DNA of 64,000 nucleotides from Candidatus Dadabacteria bacterium (lineage in GTDB: Bacteria; Desulfobacterota_D; UBA1144; Nemesobacterales; CSP1-2): NCBI GenBank assembly GCA_963805855.1, contig CAWDVW010000005.1, positions 672,001-736,000 on the forward strand, written 5' to 3'. The position numbers and the translations under genes are program-made. Below, piece by piece: positions 18,346 to 28,016 of this stretch. The notes under the pieces were generated by a model. That model saw only the letters and a list, made by a program, of their open reading frames with translations, did not search any database and was not told where the DNA came from. Numbering within the stretch: position 1 is the stretch's first letter; every line of letters begins with the position of its first letter.

Positions 18346-19353
18346 ATGAATTATTCACCAGATGAACCTATACTTTCCCGTATGGCAAGGAAGCCAAGAA
18401 TCCACATTCCAGGTGGTCTTTACCATGTGATTCTCAGAGGAAACGCTGGTAACGCAATTTTTAAAGAAGACCAAGACTACAACCACCTATGCCTTCTGAT
18501 TCAAATAGGGGTAGAAAGATACTCACACAGAATCCATGCGTTTTGCTTTATGACTAACCATATTCACCTTGCTATACAGGTTGCTCAAATTCCACTTTCT
18601 AAAATCATGCATAACCTAGCGTTTCGCTATACTCAATGGGTAAATAAACGAAATAATAGCACTGGGCACATATTTCAAGGAAGGTACAAAGCAATTTTGG
18701 TAGATGCAGAAAATTACTTACTGGAGCTTGTCAGATATATTCACCTAAACCCAGTGAGAGCAAAGCTAGTTACCTTTCCTCACGAATATAACTGGAGCAG
18801 TCATAATGTTTATCTTGGCAGGGAGAAATTAACATGGCTTAGTACAAATTGGGTATTAAGCCACTTTGGTGATGATTATAGTGTGGCCAAAGACCGATAT
18901 GAAGAATTCGTGAATGATGGGATTGTGCAAGAATATAGCAATCAGTTTTACTTAGGAAGGACTGATTCACGAGTGTTAGGAGATGATGATTTTTTTGAGA
19001 ACGCCGAGGAACAAGATAGAAGAACAGACAATAAAAAGAAACCTCTATTAAGCGAAATAGTAAGTCGGGTGTGTTTAGAATACAAGATAAGAGAAGGCGA
19101 CCTAAAGGGAACAAGTAGGAATCGAGAACTAGCTTATGCAAGAGGTTTAATTGGTTATATAGCAAGTGAGTTAGGGACTTCGAGTCTTAAGGAGGTCGCT
19201 GAGCTCCTTAACAGAGATCCGTCAGCTTTAAGCAAGCTAGTGGTCAGAATAAACAAAAGGTTCAAAGAATCTGAAGAGCATGAAAATAGGAAAAATAAAA
19301 TCATAAGTTATCTAACAGCATAGAAAATAATTCATTTATTCATGCCTGACCCC
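18328..19353 (+). mobile_element. 1026-bp element: Y1/HUH (RAYT-like) transposase gene bounded by perfect 28-bp terminal inverted repeats
   Basis: GGGGTCAGGCATGAATAAATGAATTATT (18328-18355) and its exact reverse complement (19326-19353) enclose the transposase ORF; no target-site duplication visible. Confidence 0.9.
18382..19323 (+). CDS. Y1 tyrosine (HUH) transposase, RAYT-like, with C-terminal DnaA-C-like HTH
   Basis: MARKPRIH..YHVILRGN, HUH motif FMTNHIHL, GHIFQGRYKA, catalytic YIHLNPVRA, YNWSS, C-terminal SLKEVAELLNRDPSALSK. The family-typical start is ATG 18382 (track start 18346). Confidence 0.92.
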   Translation: MARKPRIHIPGGLYHVILRGNAGNAIFKEDQDYNHLCLLIQIGVERYSHRIHAFCFMTNHIHLAIQVAQIPLSKIMHNLAFRYTQWVNKRNNSTGHIFQGRYKAILVDAENYLLELVRYIHLNPVRAKLVTFPHEYNWSSHNVYLGREKLTWLSTNWVLSHFGDDYSVAKDRYEEFVNDGIVQEYSNQFYLGRTDSRVLGDDDFFENAEEQDRRTDNKKKPLLSEIVSRVCLEYKIREGDLKGTSRNRELAYARGLIGYIASELGTSSLKEVAELLNRDPSALSKLVVRINKRFKESEEHENRKNKIISYLTA

Positions 19354-19355
19354 GT

Positions 19356-19910
19356 TTATTTGAGAAGCTTTGAAATCGTCTTAAATTCTTCGGTGCCAGC
19401 GCGCTCCAAAAGCTGAAATACGAATGCCTCCGTCGTTCCAACAACTGCTCCGGCCTTTTCTATGAGGCATATCCCCTTCTCCCAGTCAAGGTCTTTTCTG
19501 GATGCGACCGCATCAGCAGGGACATATAACACATAACCACCATTAATCATATCTATTACAGTCTGTAGCACGCATACGTGAGTCTCTATTCCACAAATAA
19601 GCGCCTCGCGTTTATGTGTTTTCTCTATGGCCGATTTAAATTCAGGAGATCTTGCACAACTAAACACGACCTTCTCAATCGGTTTGAATCCGTCTCCAAC
19701 GCAATCCTTAATTTCAGGGATTGTTGGACCTAATCCCCTTGGATACTGTTCGGTCACGGTTATCGGGATCTCAAAAGTTTTAGCCGCTTCAATCAAGACA
19801 GCTGCGCTCTTTATGATTGATTCACGTTTTCGTTCAGGAATTGCGTTCATCAGCCTTTCCTGCATGTCAATTACAACGAGTGACAAATTTTCCCTTCGAA
19901 CAAAATCCAT
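19356..19910 (-). CDS. Isochorismatase-family hydrolase
   Basis: LVVIDMQERL, TEQYPRGLGPT, KVVFSC, GIETHVCVLQT, ADAVASR. Confidence 0.92.
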   Translation of the reverse strand: MDFVRRENLSLVVIDMQERLMNAIPERKRESIIKSAAVLIEAAKTFEIPITVTEQYPRGLGPTIPEIKDCVGDGFKPIEKVVFSCARSPEFKSAIEKTHKREALICGIETHVCVLQTVIDMINGGYVLYVPADAVASRKDLDWEKGICLIEKAGAVVGTTEAFVFQLLERAGTEEFKTISKLLK

Positions 19911-19957
19911 GCCGATTCCCTCGACTTCAATTAGTTATCTGCTTGATTGCTTCAACC

Positions 19958-21277
19958 CTATTCGTTGGAATTTTCAGCTATTGATTTCACAAACTCCTTG
20001 GTCAGCCATCTTTTTATCCGTTCCTGCGAACCCTTCCCTATTATATTTCTTATTTTTCGCAGTGATATGACCGCCTTAGCCGCAGACCTATGCCCTCCAG
20101 CGCTCCCAATTTCTCCGAACAAATCCCTAACAATACGACCAGCGCTTTTCTTAAAACCAATATTTCTTACCGAGATGACAAGATAAGAGTTACTTATTAT
20201 TCCAAATGCGATAGACCACCCAACGCCCTTTACCTGAATGCCAAAATCAGCCATCTTAGGGATTAAATATTCCCTTTTTACCCTGCCGAGATTGACAAAG
20301 AAAATGCCATCGGATATCCAGTGATCCGCCAGTGCTTTCCCGAAACACTTAAGATCGGATGGCGGAATCTCCGCCCTTTCGATTCTCCTTAATAATCCAA
20401 GGTTTGCATGAGGATAAAGAAAGGTAAACGCATCTATATCATCCGGATTCGCGTCGCGGCTTAATGAAACGGTATCGGTCTTAATCCCATAAAGAAGGCA
20501 TGTGGCAAGTCTTTCTGATATCTCAACCTGAGCCGCGCGGAGGAAGCTCGTCAAAATCGTAGATGTTGCCCCTTCTTCAGACCTGATCTCAGAAAACTTG
20601 GATCTATAAGAGCCAACCTGGGGATGATGGTCAATAACACTATCAACATCGGGGAGAATATTGCCAAAGTAAGGTGGTTGGACATCAACAAGTGCTATCG
20701 AATCAAAATCTTTAATATCTTTATTATCGAGTTCCTCCAGGTCGATATCGAGCTGCTCTATCATCGCCACGTTTTCAGGGCGCGACACCTTCTCTCCAAG
20801 ATGGCCTATTATAGCTGTCTGACGATTCCTCTTTAGTAATGTTCTAAGTGCGAGAGCACTGGCAATTCCATCAGGGTCGGGATTGTAATGAAGCAATATC
20901 AACATTTTCTTCGCTCCATCATGTGCCCTTCTCAATTCTTCTACCCTAATCTCCGTTTTTGCGAATTTTTCCTCTCTGGCAATTTGACTGGAAAGTATCT
21001 CATTAAATGCAACGAATCTGACCCAAGGCGGAGGCTCTGACGGCTTGTCGATATCACTCACGATCATCGGGGTGTTTGGGTAATGTGCATGGATCTCCTT
21101 AGAAACATCTTTGGAAAAACAATTTTTTTCAATCATGATCATAGTAAAATTCCCAGTTTGATTTAAAGCCTCTTCGATAGAGCTCACCCAGATTACTTCG
21201 CCTCTCTTCGAGAAGAGACCATGAAGCAATGAATCAAAATCACCGATAAACAAATATCTCCTAAGTTCGTCCTGCAT
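19958..21277 (-). CDS. DHH/DHHA1 family phosphoesterase with extra N-terminal domain
   Basis: HYNPDPDGIAS, LVDVQ, IDHHP, LYGIKTDT, SAGGH; about 110-aa N-terminal extension of unclear type. Confidence 0.88.
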   Translation of the reverse strand: MQDELRRYLFIGDFDSLLHGLFSKRGEVIWVSSIEEALNQTGNFTMIMIEKNCFSKDVSKEIHAHYPNTPMIVSDIDKPSEPPPWVRFVAFNEILSSQIAREEKFAKTEIRVEELRRAHDGAKKMLILLHYNPDPDGIASALALRTLLKRNRQTAIIGHLGEKVSRPENVAMIEQLDIDLEELDNKDIKDFDSIALVDVQPPYFGNILPDVDSVIDHHPQVGSYRSKFSEIRSEEGATSTILTSFLRAAQVEISERLATCLLYGIKTDTVSLSRDANPDDIDAFTFLYPHANLGLLRRIERAEIPPSDLKCFGKALADHWISDGIFFVNLGRVKREYLIPKMADFGIQVKGVGWSIAFGIISNSYLVISVRNIGFKKSAGRIVRDLFGEIGSAGGHRSAAKAVISLRKIRNIIGKGSQERIKRWLTKEFVKSIAENSNE

Positions 21278-21292
21278 AAAATGATCACACGA

Positions 21293-22123
21293 TTAAATTA
21301 CTTTTCGATTTCGATTAATAACTCCTTTCTTATCACATGCTTTGCTCAAACCACTGACAAATTCTCCGGCTCTACTGAGCAGCGACACTCTATCTTTACC
21401 ATCTTTTTCAATTATTCTTACGAGCGCACTCCCAACAATAACAGCATCCGCCAACCTAGCTATTTTACTCACCTGCGAAGGAGTTGATACACCAAACCCG
21501 ACTCCAACCGGAAGTCTGATATGTTTTCTAATCTCACCAATAACAGGTTCGAGCGAATAATCCAAATTGGGTCTCTCTCCCGTTACGCCCGTAACAGACA
21601 CCAGATATACAAATCCGCTTGCATGCTCGGCGACCAGATTAATCCTCTCAGCCGTACTGTTGGGAGCCAATAAGAAGACCAGATTAAGTCCCTTATTATC
21701 CGTATGAATTTTAAATTCCTCCGCTTCTTCTGGAGGCAGATCAACACTCAGTATTCCATCCACTCCTGCCTCACTGGCATCAGCTGCCAGCTTTTCCAGC
21801 CCGTAAGCAAAAAATGGATTGTAGTAACCAAATAATAAAAGTGGTATCTCAGAATGCTTTCTAATTTTTCTAACCGCATCAAGAACCCCGTGGAGGGTTG
21901 TTCCGCTGTTTAGCGCCCTCTCAGAAGCAAGCTGGATTGTGGGGCCATCGGCCATTGGATCAGAAAAGGGTACGCCCAGTTCTACTATATCAGCACCGCT
22001 TTTTTCCAGCTGAAATACAATATCCGGTGTTAGTTCAAGTGTTGGATCGCCAGCTGTAATATATGTTACCAATGCCGCTCTCTCTTTTTCCCTCAGCTCC
22101 TGAAATTTTCGCTCAATTCTCAT
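21293..22123 (-). CDS. trpA: Tryptophan synthase alpha subunit
   Basis: YITAGDP, ELGVPFSDPMADGPTIQ, YLVSVTGVTG, VGFGV, VIVGSA. Confidence 0.97.
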   Translation of the reverse strand: MRIERKFQELREKERAALVTYITAGDPTLELTPDIVFQLEKSGADIVELGVPFSDPMADGPTIQLASERALNSGTTLHGVLDAVRKIRKHSEIPLLLFGYYNPFFAYGLEKLAADASEAGVDGILSVDLPPEEAEEFKIHTDNKGLNLVFLLAPNSTAERINLVAEHASGFVYLVSVTGVTGERPNLDYSLEPVIGEIRKHIRLPVGVGFGVSTPSQVSKIARLADAVIVGSALVRIIEKDGKDRVSLLSRAGEFVSGLSKACDKKGVINRNRKVI

Positions 22124-22439
22124 CGCTGTCACCCGAAAACCCCACATAATAGCAATTTCATGCTCATCTAATCTGTGACTGGGAATTCTGTGGGATTATT
22201 TTAATTAAAGGAGATGGTATATCTAAATATGAAATTCCAAACCTGCAACTTGGGAAAAAAACACATAACGAATTTAACTGTTTCTTCCTAAAAGTCAACG
22301 AAATATCCTTAAGGTATATTGTAAAAGAGATCCCCATCTCGTACACGATTTTATACCATAGTCGTAGAAGCATCAAGTACCTGTTGTTTGTTGAGAACGG
22401 GAAGGAAGTTTTTCTGATTAAGTATTACTGGTAAATGAG

Positions 22440-23633
22440 TTAACCTACAATGCCGGAAACAGTATGGATATCCTTATCACCTCGTCCCGAAAGGCAGATG
22501 ATTATTATCGAATCCTTCGGCATAGTCGGTGCAACTTTTATCGCATGAGCCAGTGCATGAGCTGTTTCAAGGGCAGGAATTATACCCTCGGTTTGTGAGA
22601 GGAATCTAAATGCATCTAAGGCCTGGTCATCAGTCACTGCGGTGTAAGAAACTCTTTTTATATCACTTAGCATGGAATGTTCGGGCCCAACCCCAGGATA
22701 ATCAAGACCAGCCGCTATCGAATGTGTTCCCGTTATCTGCCCGTTACCGTCCTGCAGGATATATGTTTTACTGCCATGTAGAACGCCTAATTTGCCGGCG
22801 GCTATGCTAGCCGCATGTTTTCCAGTCTCGAGTCCATATCCTGCAGCTTCGACCCCGGTCATTTTCACCTCTTCGTCATCTAGAAACGGATAAAAAAGCC
22901 CCATTGCATTAGATCCCCCGCCTACGCATGCGACAAGAAGGTCGGGCAACCGAGATTCCTTGTCTAATATCTGGTTCCTGGCCTCATGTCCAATAATAGA
23001 TTGAAAGTCTCGCACCATCATGGGATAGGGATGAGGACCGGCAACGCTTCCAATTATATAGAATGTGTTCCTCACATTCGTTATCCAATCCCTCATGGCC
23101 TCATTCATCGCATCCTTCAGTGTCTGGGTTCCTGACTTGACCTCATTAACCTTGGCTCCCAGTAGCTTCATCCGGAACACATTAATAGCCTGCCTTTTTG
23201 TGTCTTCGAGACCCATAAATATTTCACATTCCACATTTAGCAAAGCCGCGACTGTAGCAGTCGCGACCCCGTGTTGTCCGGCTCCGGTTTCAGCTATTAC
23301 CCTCTTTTTCCCCATACGCGACGCAAGCAAGGCCTGACCTATCGTATTATTGATCTTATGTGCCCCAGTATGAGCTAGGTCTTCACGTTTAAGATAAATC
23401 CTCGCTCCTCCCAGTTTCTTCGTCATTCTGCCTGCAAAATAAAGGGGTGTTGGTCGACCGGCATATTCGGTTAGATAATAATTTAGCTCCTCCTTAAATT
23501 TGAGATCATCCTTTATTTCAAGATAAGCCCTCTCAAGCTCCAGTAGAGCAGGCATAAGTGTTTCAGATACGTATCTTCCCCCAAATTTTCCGAAATGACC
23601 CATTTCATCGGGTACTCTTAACTTAGTTTCCAT
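22440..23633 (-). CDS. trpB: Tryptophan synthase beta subunit
   Basis: [16 protein letters not shown] (PLP Lys), [36 protein letters not shown]. Confidence 0.98.
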   Translation of the reverse strand: METKLRVPDEMGHFGKFGGRYVSETLMPALLELERAYLEIKDDLKFKEELNYYLTEYAGRPTPLYFAGRMTKKLGGARIYLKREDLAHTGAHKINNTIGQALLASRMGKKRVIAETGAGQHGVATATVAALLNVECEIFMGLEDTKRQAINVFRMKLLGAKVNEVKSGTQTLKDAMNEAMRDWITNVRNTFYIIGSVAGPHPYPMMVRDFQSIIGHEARNQILDKESRLPDLLVACVGGGSNAMGLFYPFLDDEEVKMTGVEAAGYGLETGKHAASIAAGKLGVLHGSKTYILQDGNGQITGTHSIAAGLDYPGVGPEHSMLSDIKRVSYTAVTDDQALDAFRFLSQTEGIIPALETAHALAHAIKVAPTMPKDSIIIICLSGRGDKDIHTVSGIVG

Positions 23634-24237
23634 TTCTTACCGCCTTTATGAATGCTTTTAACTTAACCGGGTTTTTCTTGCCTGGATAGTCTTCCACACC
23701 CGAGCTGACATCAACCGCATAGGGATTGACAATATCGATAGCTTCGGCGACATTCTCAGGGGTAAGTCCACCTGATAGAATAACACTCTTTGACACGGCT
23801 ATACGCTTGAGCAATTCCCAATTGAAACTTCTTCCCGTTCCTCCAAAATCCTCTGTTGAGTATGCATCAAACAATAAGGCCTGTACGGGAAAAGAGTCGA
23901 TATCGTCCTGATTTATGCGATCCTTTACTCTCATCGCCTTTATAACTGAATTGCCCAGCTCTCTGCAATAATCTGGTTCTTCGTCTCCATGAAGCTGAAA
24001 AAGATCAAACCCAATTTCTCTTTTCATAGATTTAAGCTCCTCCACACTTTGGTTGACAAACACCCCAACTGTCTTCACAAATGGAGGGAGCTTCGAGATA
24101 ATCCCCAACGCGTCTTCTGAGCTTATGTATCTCTTGCTATATCTGTAGAAAATAAACCCAAGGGCGTCCGCTCCTAAATCTAACGCTAAAAAAGCGTCAT
24201 TTAAATTGGTAATCCCGCAGATTTTGATTTTAGTCAT
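23623..24237 (-). CDS. trpF: Phosphoribosylanthranilate isomerase
   Basis: [47 protein letters not shown]. Confidence 0.97.
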   Translation of the reverse strand: MTKIKICGITNLNDAFLALDLGADALGFIFYRYSKRYISSEDALGIISKLPPFVKTVGVFVNQSVEELKSMKREIGFDLFQLHGDEEPDYCRELGNSVIKAMRVKDRINQDDIDSFPVQALLFDAYSTEDFGGTGRSFNWELLKRIAVSKSVILSGGLTPENVAEAIDIVNPYAVDVSSGVEDYPGKKNPVKLKAFIKAVRNGN

Positions 24238-24395
24238 TAAATTTCACAAAATTGTATAGCTTAGATCCCTAAATGTAAAATGGAAAATTATCTCTACAAG
24301 TTAGAATAATTATCTTTTTCTGATGATAATATATTATAATATTTCACCATTTCCGAAACTTACATTAGATTGTTTTACACTTTACATCTCGGTGG

Positions 24396-25442
24396 GTGAA
24401 ACTAGTGATTAAGAACGGGGCATTGATAAAGATTTCAATATTCATATTGTCTTCAATTCTATCATTCGTACTGCTTGAGATCTCCTATCGCTATATTATC
24501 TTCGGCAGTGATAGCCTGAATTATGAAAAAATGAATAGTGTCACACCACTGGGTTTATCTGGACTGATAGAACCTTCTCGCGATCGAGAAATCGTTTATC
24601 AACTTAAACCGAACCTCAATACGTACTTTAAGATGGCCAGATTTAAAACAAACTCCAAAGGACTTCGGGATAAAGAATATTCGATGGCTAAGCCAAAAAA
24701 CACCATAAGAGTGGCTGTTGTGGGCGATTCCTTAACTATGCCAGCGGGTGTGAATATCGAAGACGCTTATCACTCGATACTTGAAGAAGAATTCAATACA
24801 AGCTGTCCTAGAAAGAGTTATGAATTCATAAACTTCGCAGTAGGAGGATATTATTTAAGCCAATATTGGGCTGTCATAAGAAAGAAGGTAATGGATTGGG
24901 ATCCCGACATGATATTAATTGGTTTTTGCGAATATAACGACTTTGAAATCCCGCCAGATAAACTGCTTGAAGGCACATATAAGGTCAAAGAAAAAGGGAA
25001 TCCATTCTTCTTTCAATCGTTCGCGATACGAAGCCTTAAACAATTTTTTAAGAACCTTGGGAAAAAAGATATAGATAAAAACCAGGGAATTGACGGTAAC
25101 TCCGCCTTTACAGAGCAGCAAGTTGATTACATGCGTAGAGTTTTCTCTATGATCGGTGCACTCAGCATGGAAAAAAAGATTCCAATAGTCGTTGCAAACC
25201 TGGGAATAACACCAAGCGAACAACATGAATTGGAAGCTATCGTAACAAATAGTGGGCTCTATTATGTTGATCCCACTCATTCATTCGACGGAGCAGGAAT
25301 TTCGGAACATAGTATCTTTCCAACAGACAACCATCCAAATACCAAAGCTAATCTAGTTATTGCGAATGTAATTAGGGAATATCTGGACAAAAATAAATTA
25401 CTGGAATGCAGCAGTCCGATGGGGTCAGGCATGAATAATTGA
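24396..25442 (+). CDS. Membrane-anchored SGNH/GDSL hydrolase family protein
   Basis: N-terminal TM, TNSKGLRD, VVGDSLT (block I), INFAVGGY, ND block III, DNHPN. The C-terminus (GSGMNN*) is encoded by the TIR of the 25421 element. Confidence 0.85.
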   Translation: MKLVIKNGALIKISIFILSSILSFVLLEISYRYIIFGSDSLNYEKMNSVTPLGLSGLIEPSRDREIVYQLKPNLNTYFKMARFKTNSKGLRDKEYSMAKPKNTIRVAVVGDSLTMPAGVNIEDAYHSILEEEFNTSCPRKSYEFINFAVGGYYLSQYWAVIRKKVMDWDPDMILIGFCEYNDFEIPPDKLLEGTYKVKEKGNPFFFQSFAIRSLKQFFKNLGKKDIDKNQGIDGNSAFTEQQVDYMRRVFSMIGALSMEKKIPIVVANLGITPSEQHELEAIVTNSGLYYVDPTHSFDGAGISEHSIFPTDNHPNTKANLVIANVIREYLDKNKLLECSSPMGSGMNN

Positions 25443-25684
25443 ATTATTCGCCAGATGACTTTATAGTTTTCAGTATGGCGAGGAAGTCAGGAACCGATAT
25501 TCCAGCTGCTCTTTGCGAAGTGATTCTAAAGTAAGTTGGGTACTTCGAGTCTTGAGGAGATAGCTGAAAGCTTTAACAGAGATCCGTCAGCTTTAAGCAA
25601 GCTAGTGGTCAGAATAAACAAAAGGTTCAAAGAATCTGAAGAGCATGAAAATAGAAAATAATTCATTTATTCATGCCTGACCCC
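25421..25684 (+). mobile_element. 264-bp non-autonomous, internally deleted derivative of the 18328-19353 element
   Basis: Same TIRs (left 27/28, right 28/28). Decayed 5' coding start MARKSGTDIPAALCEVILK* at the same +54 offset. 82 bp (25573-25654) identical to 19208-19289. Confidence 0.92.
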
Positions 25685-25692
25685 AGTGACCG

Positions 25693-26916
25693 GTGACAAA
25701 AATGAATCTTCTATTGGCATTAAAAGTTTCGTACGATGCAGTCACGTCAAACAAATTACGCTCGGTACTCACGACACTTGGTATCATAATCGGCGTTGCT
25801 GCGGTGATAACACTCGTGGCACTAACCCAGGGGGCTAAGACAATAATAGAGGAGCAATTAACCAACCTTGGAGGGAATTCTTTAATAGTCAATTATGGTA
25901 AGAGAGCTGGAACTGGTATCGTAACAAGATCAAATATCAAAAGTCCCCTGACCGCGGCAGATGCAGATGCCATACGCGATCTGAGTATAGTGAGGTTTGC
26001 TTCTCCCATCATAGATACGGCAGCAACAGTAGTATCAGGTAACCGTAACTGGTTCACAACACTCGTAGGTGTATCGACAGACTTCATAAATATTAACGAT
26101 TGGTTTCCAGACCAGGGAAACTTTTTCAATAATGGAGATGTCCTAAGTGATGCAAGAGTTTGCGTTGTTGGGAAGACCGTAGCGAATAAACTTTTCGGAT
26201 ATCAGAATCCTACTGGTAAGTCCGTCAGAATTGGCAATTACTCATTTAAGATTATTGGGGTGATGAGTCCCATTGGACAGACCCCCAGTGGCAAAGACCA
26301 AGACGATGTGATATTAATGCCATATACCACACTTCAGAAAAGGATCACGGGTATTTCCCATGTAGAAAATATCTCTGTTTCAGTTAAAAATTCAGGTGAC
26401 GTGCCACTAGCGCAAACAAAAATAACCCAGCTATTAAGAGAGAGACACAAAATAGGACCTGACATGGTAGACGATTTCTATGTTAAAACACAGCTCTCGA
26501 TTATAGAGCGGATTTTCACAATCTCGAAGATCATGACCATACTCCTGGGAAGTATTGCCTCAATATCACTCATTGTCGGAGGCATCGGAATAATGAACAT
26601 TATGCTTGTTTCCGTTCGAGAGAGGACTCGAGAAATTGGCATTAGGATGGCCGTTGGTGCTAAAGAAGGTGATATACTAATACAGTTTCTGGTGGAAGCT
26701 GTATTAATCTCAATAGCGGGTGGAATAATTGGAATCATCATGGGAATAGCGGGTTCTAAGATTTCTTCCGCCTTCACAGGATGGCCTGGGGTGATTTCAT
26801 TCGGCTCAATTCTGATCGCGTTTGGATTCGCAGCGATAGTCGGGATTTTCTCAGGAATTTACCCAGCCAGGAAAGCTTCTAAATTGGACCCCATAGAAGC
26901 CCTTAGGTATGAGTAA
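25693..26916 (+). CDS. MacB/FtsX-like ABC transporter permease (no ATPase gene adjacent)
   Basis: NKLRSVLTTLGIIIGVAAVI, VGGIGIMNIMLVSVRERTREIGIRMAVGA, PARKASKLDPIEALRYE. Confidence 0.93.
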   Translation: MTKMNLLLALKVSYDAVTSNKLRSVLTTLGIIIGVAAVITLVALTQGAKTIIEEQLTNLGGNSLIVNYGKRAGTGIVTRSNIKSPLTAADADAIRDLSIVRFASPIIDTAATVVSGNRNWFTTLVGVSTDFININDWFPDQGNFFNNGDVLSDARVCVVGKTVANKLFGYQNPTGKSVRIGNYSFKIIGVMSPIGQTPSGKDQDDVILMPYTTLQKRITGISHVENISVSVKNSGDVPLAQTKITQLLRERHKIGPDMVDDFYVKTQLSIIERIFTISKIMTILLGSIASISLIVGGIGIMNIMLVSVRERTREIGIRMAVGAKEGDILIQFLVEAVLISIAGGIIGIIMGIAGSKISSAFTGWPGVISFGSILIAFGFAAIVGIFSGIYPARKASKLDPIEALRYE

Positions 26917-27011
26917 CACAGTCTTCTAACTGTAGGCTTATTTAAATCAATCAACGATTACGAAGCAGGAGAGAAAATATGTAGATCGACATTATTACCT
27001 GTATTAGAGAT

Positions 27012-27815
27012 CTAATTATGGTTCAAAAATGGGCATCCTAACTTTCGTATCAATTCGTCGATATATTCCAGGTCAGCCTTGGAAAGGTATGACTTAAAAC
27101 CCCCTATAATACCTTTACGAACCTTATAACTTTCATTGTCTCGCGTATCCGCTGGCCTAATTTTATCTGATTGGAAATAGTCTTCCCTTTCCAAATGTTT
27201 TAAATTACTAAAACTGGCGAACTCTACTGCTGTTCTTATAATATCTTCCTCAATGTAATCAAGCCCGAGAAAACTCAATACCGACGCTGTAATCTTTTCT
27301 GGACTCTTCTGCATATCTTCATATCGTACCAACAAGAAACCTTTCGGTTTAGACATGTTGTCATACCAAATATTGTAAAATGTTATAACTTTCATTGCAC
27401 CGTATTTATCGTGACGAATAAAGTCAGATATGCTCCCATTGAAAGATCCCACCCTCTTAGTGGCTTGAAAATAATGGGATACTAAAACGTCTCTGATATC
27501 GCGAACAAGAAAGATAACGTCTTTCCCGGCATATTCTGATTTATCAGCTGGTAACTCATAGTAGTTGTAACCCTCAATTATGGCGGAATAATCATGAATA
27601 AATTGGGTGCGGAGTATTCCGGCCTTGGATGTGATTTTGTAGGTATCAATAATTATCTCATCTGAAAATCCAAACTTTTCACAGAGTGCTTTGCCAATTA
27701 ATATCCTTAGCCATGTTCTTCCGGAATTAGGAAAGGATATAATATATGCATCGGTATTATGATTCCTATACTCTTCCTTTAGTCTAACTACGAAATTCTT
27801 AAAAACCTTTATCAT
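27012..27815 (-). CDS. PAPS-dependent sulfotransferase domain protein
   Basis: IISFPNSGRTW (5'-PSB), FLVRDIRDVLVS (3'-PB), VRYEDM, KVRKG. Confidence 0.88.
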   Translation of the reverse strand: MIKVFKNFVVRLKEEYRNHNTDAYIISFPNSGRTWLRILIGKALCEKFGFSDEIIIDTYKITSKAGILRTQFIHDYSAIIEGYNYYELPADKSEYAGKDVIFLVRDIRDVLVSHYFQATKRVGSFNGSISDFIRHDKYGAMKVITFYNIWYDNMSKPKGFLLVRYEDMQKSPEKITASVLSFLGLDYIEEDIIRTAVEFASFSNLKHLEREDYFQSDKIRPADTRDNESYKVRKGIIGGFKSYLSKADLEYIDELIRKLGCPFLNHN

Positions 27816-28016
27816 ATAAACTTTTGAGTCTACTTTAAAAATAAAATCGATCTACAAGAACTTTTCGATCTCAACGCTCCCAAGTTACTCCATGTTTCCA
27901 TCGCTCTTTAACCCATTTACAATTATGACATTCTAACTGTAATAAAGATATTTACAGTCAATGTTGCTTGAAATAATAAAACCCAATAGAATTAAATACC
28001 TCTTTAGAAGGTAAAT

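Noticed and set aside
18328-18355. GGGGTC-starting TIR as a Tn3-family end
   Set aside because: The TIR is 28 bp rather than ~38 bp, there is no 5-bp target duplication, and the enclosed protein is a Y1 HUH enzyme, not a large DDE transposase.
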